Of a DNA stretch of 64,000 bases, positions 1 to 64,000 are shown one piece after another. The notes under the pieces are model-generated. The model was not told where the DNA came from and made no database searches. It was given only the letters and a program-made list of their open reading frames with translations. The stretch comes from Octopus vulgaris (Eukaryota). Both the position numbers and the translations under genes were made by a program. Where the stretch lies: the NCBI GenBank assembly GCA_951406725.2, contig OX597830.1, forward strand, positions 68,944,001 through 69,008,000. Direction: 5' to 3'. Each line of letters starts with the position of its first letter. Position 1 is the stretch's first letter.

Positions 1-999
1 CGAATTTTGTATAAACCATTTCCACAGTCCATGTGAATAAGCAAGTTAGTTATTAGATAAGACTGCTGGAAATAGCAGCTAAATCTCTCTGAACAGCACC
101 TGACTTTCTTAAAAATGAACGGACACACTTTCTTAAAAATGTACGCACACATAAGACATTGTAGATGTCAATATGCTAAAAGAAAATGAACATCGCTTTA
201 ATTCTCTCTAATCACAAGTCAGCTTGATCATGGCTGATGTTGATCTAAACAACAACAACAACATATACAATAAAGCTAAAATGTTTAAAATGAAATAGCC
301 ACTTCAATGCGTGTAGGCAGAGTTTGTTACAGCAAGATGAAACACCACACAATCCTTGCTGTTACATGTTCAGTGAAACTAAAACTACCAAACACGTCAT
401 TAGCCTCTTTAGTCTCAAACTCTGTGCTGAGAAACAAATCGATAGAGACAAGTGCAGAAGCACAGTGATTGTCACACTGCAAGAAGGGGTTCATTCGACG
501 TCTGTTGGTGCCCAGAAATGAAATGATGGAAGATATGCAATCTATCCAAACTGATACACTGCAACCCATATTACAAAGCTCTGCACATCAGATTGCACAT
601 TACACAGATGGGAAGAATATGGTATATCTACAGATCACATCCAGTCATTTCACTAACTACATACATACTATAACTATACAACAACAATAGCAACAAGTAA
701 AACAACCACAAACTCATGATACTTTATAGATTGCAATGAAGGTAAGAGCAACACAGGAGGAGTTTACAACAGCTTATTTGGATTGATGTTTGATGTTAAC
801 TGGGGAATCTTCTCTCATTGATTGAAATTAATAAAGAGAGAAAATCATGGATAGATAAATAGTTTTATATATATGTGTTTGTGTGTGTGGGGGTGTATGT
901 GTATTTGTATATACGTATATTTATACATATATATAGGTGTGTGTATATTTATATGCCTATGTATCAATGCATGTGTTTGTGTGTGTGTGTGTATATATA

Positions 1000-1270
1000 T
1001 AGTTAATCCAAACATGAAAACACAAAGAGAAAACACAACAACGCGAGGACATGGAACAAATATAGTATTATTGGACGCTCAGGAAGGAAGGGAAGAAGGA
1101 GGGCTTAATGTTTCAAGCGGAGCTCTTCGTCAAAAACATAGGAGAAGGAAAGATCCAGAGAAGGGAAGACAGAGGAAAAAAATCGCCAATGGTACACACG
1201 TGGTCACATTTTGTATGACCGGAAGGAAATAGGTGAGGAAAAGTTCTTTCAAAGACAGGAGAATGCGCAA
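1000..1270 (-). mobile_element. Penelope-like LTR remnant with degenerate hammerhead core
   Basis: Sits between (TG)/(TA) microsatellites; minus strand near 1102-1138 reads TTGACGA-agagctccgctt-GAAA-cat-TA. Confidence 0.4.
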
Positions 1271-1639
1271 GAGGAGGTATGTGTGTGTAAGTGTGGATAT
1301 GTGCATGCGAGAAGGTCTGCGTGTGCATGTGTGTGTATGTGTGTATGTGTGCAATGATAACACGTGTGTGTAAACAGAGTGAGAGAGAGGAGATGGTAAA
1401 GTGTATAACATTCATGGGTTATGAGTTCAAACCCACCATTGACAATTGTTGTATTTCTTTGTCAATATCTTTATTTTATATGGTCACAACTCAGCTCTAA
1501 GGAATTAGTAGCAGAATAATTTGGTTCAGTCTCATACAAGAATAACACTCTATCCACTCAACTATTATCTCCACAATATAGTTCTGATAATGCCACTGTA
1601 TATCTTCCCTGGATGTGTTAAAGCTAAGTTCACATCAAA

Positions 1640-4275
1640 AATTCCTTGGGACAACCTGGTGAGATCTGTGACCAGATCTGTGGATGGTGCAAAGTTCCCT
1701 CTCAACCCAAGGTAACATGGTGGTGGAACAACGTAGTTGACAAGGCCATAAGGGAAAAGAAACAGGCATGGAAGGACTGGTGGTAGCAGGGAATTGTATC
1801 AGACTGTCAGCTAGGAGACAGGTTTATTTAGTCAGAAGGGTAGCAGATAAGAAAAAATTTGCCAATGTCCTGTGTTGTGAGGACCAAAGACTTGAGGTGG
1901 TTTGTGCTGCAAGACAGTGTGTGAGAGAGAATCATGATGTCATAGGAGAGAAATGTATCCACATAGATGATGGTTCACTTGCATTTAATGAGGCTGCAAA
2001 AAGAGAGACTTGGAGATGCCATTATGAAAGATTGCTAAATGAAGAGAATGAATGAGATAAAGAGAGTCTACCAAATGTCAACCCATCAGAGGGACCAGCT
2101 ATCCGAATTGACAGTACCTTGGTAGATGAAGTAATTAAGGGTATGAAAACAGGGAAAGCCCCCGGCCCATCAGGAATCACTGCAGAGATGCTTAAAATGT
2201 CTGGTAATGTCGGCTATAGTCTAGTCATCCATATAAACAAACCAGTGATACATGAAGGAGTCATACCCAATGACTGGTGTAGCAGTACCATAGTCAACTG
2301 TTACAAAGTAAAGGTGATGCATTAGCTACAAATAATTACAGAGGTATCAAGTTGTTGGATCAGGTAATTAAAGTCACAAAGAGGGACATAGGCCAACTAA
2401 TTAGGGAGAGAATTAGTTTAGATGAGATGCAGTTTGGGTTTGTGCCAGGGAAAAACAGCACCGATGCTATATTTCTAGCAAGACAGCTGCAGGAGAAATA
2501 CTTAACCAAAGGTAAACCTCTGTACCTGGCTTTCATTGGCATGGAGAAAGCCTTTGACAGGGTTCCCCTATCCCTTATCTGGTGGTCAATGAGGAAACTA
2601 GGTACAGATGAATGGTTAGTGAGAGCTATACAAGCCATGTACAGGGATGCTGTCTGTAAGATGAGGGTTGGCAATGAGTACAGTGAAGAATTCTGGGTAG
2701 GGGTCCACCAAGGATCAGTCCACAGCCCCCTCTTATTCCTCATAGTCCTCCAGGCAACAACAGAGGAATTCAAGACAGGATTGTCCCTGGGAGCTCCTCT
2801 ATGCTGATGACCTTGCTCTAATTGCTGAGTCATTATCAGAACTAGAGGAGAAGTTTCAGGTATGGATGCAAGGACTACAATCGAAGGGCCTTAGAGTCAA
2901 CCTAGCAAAAACCAAAGTCTTAATAAGTAGTAAGGTAGACAAACCACAAATCCCTTCAGGTAGATGGCTCTGCTCGATCTGTAGAAAAGGCATAGGTAGA
3001 AACTCGATAAGGTGTACCCAGTGTAAGCTATGGATACATAAGAGGTGCAGCAATATCAAAGGAAAGCTAACTGCAAAGATAGTTTATATGTGTGGCGAAT
3101 GCTCAGGAGCAATAAACACTGAAAATGTGCAGAGAACATCTTCCATCAAATTCCAGGGGCAAAAAACTATGAGTAGTTGATAGCTTTCATTACCTAGGTG
3201 ACCAAGTGAAAGTGTAACTTCTAGAATAAGAATAGCCTGGGAAAAGTTCAGAGAGCTCTTACCTTTGCTGGTGGCAAAGGGCCTCTCACTCAGAGTAAAA
3301 GGTAGACTGTATGACACATGTGTGTCAACAGCCAGGCTACATGGCTGTGAAAGATGGGTTGTGACTACTGAGGACATCCATAAGCTTACAAGGAATGAAG
3401 CTAGTATGCTCTGCTGGATGTGTAATGTCAGTATGCATACACAACAGAGTGTAAGTACCCTGAGAGAAAAGTTGGACATAAGAAGCATCAGATGTGGTGT
3501 GCAAGAGAGATGACTGCACTGGTATGGTCATGTATTGTGAATGGATGAGGACAGCTGTGTGAGCAATGCCACATCCTAACATTTGAGGGAACCTGTGGAA
3601 GAGGTAGACCCAGGAAGACCTGAGATGAGGTGGTGAAGCATGACCTTTGAACATTGGGCCTCTCCGAGGCATGACAAGTGACTGAGACCTTTGGAGATAT
3701 GCTGTGCTTGAGAAGACCCGGCTAGCCAAATGATACTATAACTGTAGCCTATGCCAGTGCTGCAGAACTAGCCCATTTAAGAGTACCCTTCAATCATTGG
3801 GCAATAATCTCTGCTTTCAAAGACCCGTTGAAGCAAGTGAAATCGATGTCATGGCTGATGACAGTACCACCTGATTAGCACCTGTGCCAGTGGAATGTTA
3901 AAAGCACCATTCAAGCTTGGTCGTTGCCAGTACCACCTGACTGGCTCCTGTACTGGTGGCATGTAAAAAGCACGATTTCAGAGTGGTCATTGGCAGAGTC
4001 ACCTGACTGGCTCCTGTGCAGGTAGCACATAAAAAGTGCCATTTGAGCGTGGTTGATGCCAGTACCACCTGACTGGTCCCCGTGCCAGTGGCACATTAAA
4101 GCACCCACTACATTCTTGGAGTGGCTGGCATTAGGAAGGGCATCCAGCTGTAGAAACTTTGCCAGATCAGATTGGAGCTTAATGCAGCCTTCTGACTCAC
4201 CAGCCCTCAGTCAAACTGTCCACCCCATGCCAGCATGGAAAGCGGACATTAAATGATGATGACGACGTCGATGAT
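1640..4275 (+). mobile_element. 5'-truncated, frameshifted RTE-clade LINE (RT, Cys-rich region, 3' tail with ~50-bp tandem repeats ending in (GAT)n)
   Basis: ORFs 2119-3513: KTGKAPGPSGITAEMLK, QFGFVPGK, AFIGMEKAFDRV, GVHQGSVHSPLLF, LLYADDL, CSICRKG...CTQCKLWIHKRC; absent from the paralogous intron at ~46420. Confidence 0.92.
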
Positions 4276-4424
4276 GTAGTACCTTTACAAACAACAAAAC
4301 ATCTTTATTTGATTGTATGTGTGCATTTTAAAAGATTTTAAAAATATTTGTTCATTCTTAGATTACTTTATATCTGAAGATTTAACTTTAATGAATTCAT
4401 TAAAGTTTTTCTTTTAATTATCAG

Positions 4425-59029
<54,605 letters not shown>

Positions 59030-59036
<7 letters not shown>

Positions 59037-59272
59037 ATTAACATAAAACGTGAACATTGATGGCTGAGAGTGAATTTTATCTACAATATAGCAGTGTTAA
59101 ACTATTATATGTATTATCTCAATGATACTTGGTGTATTTCACTGTTTCATTATGGCAGGATAATGCAAGGGTGACTACATTTCTGTTATGAAAATATACC
59201 AACTTTTAATAAATTTATACAAAATCTAATTTTCATAAATGTACACATAGTGCTGTGCTACATGTAAATAAA
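59030..59272 (+). other. Candidate terminal exon (immediate stop plus 3' UTR)
   Basis: TACTAAC branch point at 58985-58991, long T/C tract, cag at 59027-59029; stop codons within a few codons in all three frames; AATAAA at 59208-59213 and 59267-59272. Confidence 0.5.
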
Positions 59273-59953
59273 AAGAGCTCAGTATTTCTTTAAAATAGTT
59301 AAAATGACTTTTCTGTTTATTATACTATATAAAAGCAACACCACTTCTACTTATATGTGCGTTTTGTGTTCACCATATTAATGAAATATAAAACTGTTTT
59401 TTGAAAAGTCTTGTCATGATATCATCATCATCATCATCATCATCATCATCTCATCATCATCAACATTCTGTATGTATTATGTATGTATGGATGTGTCTAT
59501 GTATCAATGGTTTCAAGCTATTTATTTTCATCCTCAGTAGAGGACCCGTCTGCTAGAGATAGCAGTAGTTCATTCCACCACGGAGCTCAAGTAGCTTGAA
59601 ATTGGAGGGTCAAGTGGTCATGTCATCTGCTACAAGATAATAAGGGTTTGCTTGCCTGCTTGAAATATATATTGGGTGCAGATTGCCTCACTAACCAGCT
59701 GTAAACATTATATGTAAACATTGGCAAAAACACACCTTTAGTGCATATAAGTAATCTCTATCATTATATATAATTTAAACATTAATTTCCTTTGTATTTA
59801 ACATTCACTATTAATATCCCTACTCTTTCTGTAAGCTACTTCTGACGTTATATTATATAACGTTTTTTAAACAATATTAATAGCGTTCAGTTAATCACTA
59901 TACAAATCCATCATTTTTTGCTAAAATGTCTTATTGACGAGTTTCGTTTTTTC

Positions 59954-60039
59954 ACTTTCCTGAAGAGAAGATTGCATTGTTTATACCATTTATTCTTTTG
60001 AATAATATCAGTGGAATTTTCGAAACATGTGTCGAAAGT
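59954..60039 (+). ncRNA. Hammerhead ribozyme (type I)
   Basis: actttc-CTGAAGA-gaagatt..aattttc-GAAA-catgtg-TC-gaaagt; canonical core and GUC site. Confidence 0.8.
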
Positions 60040-61152
60040 AAAAATATTTGATTTATACCTGAGTTAAACTCCAGGTATATATTTATTCATATGTATCATC
60101 ATCAACATCATCATCATCATTTAACGTCTGATATATATATATATGTATTTAATATTGGGATTTTAACAACTGTTGTTCTTATAGAACTTACATATACCCG
60201 AGAAAGAATACTAGAACCATTTTACGACTGATTAGCAAAGTTACCTAATGTAGCTACCTGGCAAAGTAATCCGTGAAAAAGATCTCTTTTGAATTCTCTT
60301 GTCCAAGCAAGCAAGAAAAAGAAAAATTAATCCTACAAATGGATGAAAGATACTAAAAAATATATATATATATATATACAGCTAAATATACAATATACCT
60401 CGTTTATGAGGTTTAATTAAATGTATATAGAGAATAGATTGAATTATAAACAGTACCAAATTACTTTTTTATATTCTGACTTAATTTTCCTAATTTATGA
60501 GTATTGTAATAATATTTAATGATTGTTCATGCAAAACATAGAATTACTCAGAATATGGGACTTGACTATACAGTGTAAAGGAATATACATTTTCATAGGA
60601 CTTCCTATGAAGTAATCCTACTTCCTAAAATTGACATCTTTGAAAGGTCACCAGTCCTTGTGAGAAAATGTGTTTATTAATAAATATGTTGATAGGTATA
60701 CAATGGAAAGAAGAAAGAAAGGAGAAACAAAAAGAAAAGAGCTTTGTAATGTAATTTCGAGGAATTGACCACATTAAATTAAAAAGAAACCTCCATCTAT
60801 CTATATATCTATCTACTTTAACTTCTATCTATGTATGTATGTATCTGTTTATCCTTTCCCCCTCCTATGTTATTATTCTTTCTTCTCTTTCTTGAGTTTC
60901 CTGAAACCACTCTCTCTATCTATTTCTCCACCTTTTTGCTTTTCCCCAAAAAACAAACACAGTATTCTCCTTTTCTAAACAAAGCAAAACAAAAATCTAA
61001 TTCATATAAATGAACAGCAAAATCTTCAGTTTTTACCATTTTTATTTTGATGTTGTTTTGATGAGCTAGAAAAACGAACAAAAGCACTAATAAAGGATTA
61101 TCCAAAATTCCTACTGTCCCCTTTTCTCTAAACATATGAGTGTATGTATATA

Positions 61153-62191
61153 TCTATATATATAAAACTGTAGTTGTGTGAGTGTCTGTCTCCTACGATT
61201 TAGATTCCTAACTCCTCCCACATTTTGCGGTGCAGTTTAACCAAATTCGGGTATCTTATAGTCGTGATTCATATCGAGCCCGTCTGGCTATTAGCGCGCG
61301 TCTACGATGAGTCTACGATTTTAAAAATAATTTAACATCATTTTTTATTCCATTTTAATGCATAATTTTTCGTGTGTCGATGGCGGCGGAGTTGGCGTCC
61401 ACGCTCAAACACCTGCACCTGTGTTTGCTTCTCCCCCTTCTTCCCTCCCTCGTGAAGCTGTGGGGAAGGGAGTTTAAGGAAATCAACGTCGTAATGCGTT
61501 GTCAAGGAGACCAGCGTTCTTTTAGAACAACGACTTCATGGCTTGAAGACACCAAAACAGAAATGGCTAAGAAAGCCTGAATTGGCATCTATAAAGGAAG
61601 TAACTCTCTAAAAATGCTTATATAGTTATTTCCCTTACAAACCCGAGCAACGCCGGGCGAAACTGCTAGTCTATATATATAAAACTGTAGTTGTGTGAGT
61701 GTCTGTCTCCTACGATTTAGATTCCTAACTACTCCCACATTTTGCGGTGCAGTTTAACCAAATTCGGGTATCTTATAGTCGTGATTCATATCGAGCCCGT
61801 CTGGGTATTAGCGCGCGTCTACGATGAGTCTACGATTTTTAAAATAATTTAATATCATTTTTTTCCATTTTAACGCATATTTTTTCGTGTGTCGATGGCG
61901 GCGGAGTTGGCGTCCATGGTCACACCTGCACCTGTGTTGCTTCTCCCCCTTCTTCCCTCCCTCGTGAAGCTGTGGGGAAGGGAGTTTAAGGAAATCAACG
62001 TCGTAAAGCATTGTCAAGGAGACCAGCGTTCTTTTAGAACAACGACTTCATGGCTTGAAGACACCAAAATTACCATCATTTTTTATTCCATTTTTAATGC
62101 ATTTTTTTGCTATTTTTTTGCTATAACTCACTAAAAATGCTTATATAGTTATTTCCCTTACAAACCCGAGCAACGCCGGGCGATACTGCTA

Positions 62192-62192
<1 letters not shown>
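61153..62192 (+). mobile_element. Head-to-tail pair of non-autonomous Helitron-like elements (61153-61669, 61670-62192)
   Basis: Each unit starts TC, ends CTAG and has a subterminal cccgagcaacgccggg hairpin; the pair lies between A and T with no TSD. Confidence 0.85.
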
Positions 62193-62237
<45 letters not shown>

Positions 62238-62240
<3 letters not shown>

Positions 62241-63925
62241 TAGGGGAATGAATTATCCTATGTTTATTGTCAGCATGGAAAATTCGTTAAACCGAAACCT
62301 GGGTAGCAAATTTCCGTCAGAAAACACGGTTGAAGCGACCTGTCAAGGGTAGAAACTCCGGGTTCATGTGTAGAAATTTGTGTGTTGTATATGAATAAAT
62401 GAAAGAATGGAGTCGAACGAAGTTGTTAACAAAATTCCTTTACTCTCGACACATGTTTCGAAGACAGCATATTTTCATTCCGAAGGAATAAAGGGTGCAT
62501 TATGCAATCTTCTCATCAGGAAAGAAAGGGACCCTCTCTCGACAACAAGACAAACAAAAATTTCGATGATTGCCTACATGGTAAACAAAGCGATAATGAG
62601 TGTTTTTGTTTTAAAAAAACCGTTAGAAGAATAGACGTCAAAAATAGATAGTAGGAAGAGAAGGGATAAAGTAGTGGTAGTTAGGGAACAGTATGTTTGC
62701 TGTATGCATGGAAATGTGTGGGTGTGTGCTTGTGTTAATGAGTGCGTGTGTTTGTGTGTGTGTGTATGTGTGTGTGTATAACTGCATTTGTGTCTCTGTG
62801 TGTGATTGTGTGTGTGAGAGAGAGAGACAGACGTCAGAGATAGATAGTAGGAAGAGAAGGTATAAATGAATAATACGTAGGGAACAATTGGAGAGGGAAG
62901 GGTACATTGATTGAAAGAATGTTCGAAGGCTTAGGAAAGAATTTCTCTATAGCAGTAGGGTGGACGTAAAGCTAATTGTTCAAACCACAGTGACTATCGT
63001 TATCATTTATATGAGTAGAAAGTGTGTTTCTGCCAATGTTTACATTTGTACGATTTTTCTATGAGTGTGTTTACTAGGGGAACCTTAGAGAAAATAATAT
63101 GGAAGAGTTCAGAGTTACAAATGTTACAAAATCTCCTGCCCTTATCAAAAGGAAAGGATACAGACAGTATGAACCAATCTAACTTGAAAATTATATTGTT
63201 GTCTTTGAGACGCCAAACTAATTTACTTAGCCCTGTGCTATGTCGTTTTTTACTATCCCTGAATGTTGAGTAGTGGTTTGAAATTCTTTTGGATAACTGG
63301 GAAGTGGACGCTCCTATATAGAAGAAGACATCGGTACCAGAAGAAATTCTACACTGGTAAATAGAATTCTTAATCTTAGAATTACTAGACAAAAATTTAA
63401 TTCTGTTGGTGTTGTCCTCCGAGATCGAGACGAAGTTTTTATTGTTATGATTGTTGTTACCATTATTATTAGCGCTAACAACTACACTATTTCTATTATT
63501 AGTAGTATTATTAATGGCATTACAACCAGTAATACCACCGACAATAATACCGTTATTGTTGTTACCATCAACACTACCATTGTTATTAACACGACTAATA
63601 CTATTATTAATATTATCATTGTTAACACTTTCGCTGCTACTATTAATACTATTCCTATTATTATGGTTGTATAATGGGTTGGAATTGGCAAGATTAGTGT
63701 TGGAACTCCCGGGTGAAGAATCTTTGTTTAACAGCTTGTTATTGTGGGAATATATAATTTGTGAAAGATTCCTAGTGTTAGAGAAAGCTATTCTGACCTT
63801 GTGGGAATTGATAATAGAATGATATCTAGAATTTCTGGGAAAGTTCCTAGCAACGGCTTCACGGAACTGTAAGGGAAGGTTCGATTTAATTTGTTTTCCG
63901 AAAGGTATTACAAACCAGATAAATA
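62238..63925 (-). mobile_element. 5'-truncated Penelope-like retroelement (linker, GIY-YIG, 3' pseudo-LTR) between (TA)n tracts
   Basis: ORF 63003..63992: IWFVIPF...KVRIAFSNTRNLSQIIYSHN, SIYQC..FYIGAST...KRISNH, CNICNSE. Confidence 0.88.
62443..62524 (-). ncRNA. Hammerhead ribozyme (type I) in the Penelope pseudo-LTR
   Basis: Minus strand ctttc-CTGATGA-gaaga..tcttc-GAAA-catgtg-TC-gagag; same strand as, and downstream of, the GIY-YIG ORF. Confidence 0.82.
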
Positions 63926-64000
63926 TATAATATATATATATATATATATATTTATAAATGATTGCCATCTGTTCGTGACCAAGGAAGATCATTGTTGACC

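Noticed and set aside
3850-4110. Regular ~50-bp repeats (also 40480-40790) superficially like a CRISPR array
   Set aside because: Whole-unit degenerate tandem repeats inside RTE 3' tails; no unique spacers, no cas genes, eukaryotic context

Overview
AT-rich, microsatellite-dense eukaryotic genomic DNA. The repeat landscape (tRNA-type SINEs, RTE LINE tails, Penelope-like elements in (TA)n) looks like a coleoid cephalopod such as Octopus; this is an inference. I reconstructed by hand a + strand multi-exon gene running across almost the whole window: 12 phase-compatible exons (4425-51746) plus a probable micro-exon (57758-57783) and terminal exon (59030 onward). It encodes the end of one TRPM-channel N-terminal (MHR1-3, SLOG/LSDAT) module spliced in frame into a second complete 362-codon module, and it appears to stop with no transmembrane channel domain. 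The two modules come from a ~42 kb internal duplication in which intron DNA is better conserved than the exons. The introns are filled with degraded RTE, L1/Tx1-like and R4/Dong-like LINEs (the last stacked in (AAT)n), Penelope-like elements with at least five hammerhead ribozyme cores, a mariner and a mariner MITE, a tandem Helitron-like pair, Gypsy gag remnants, SINEs and two long near-perfect palindromes. All calls were made by eye; no database searches were run.
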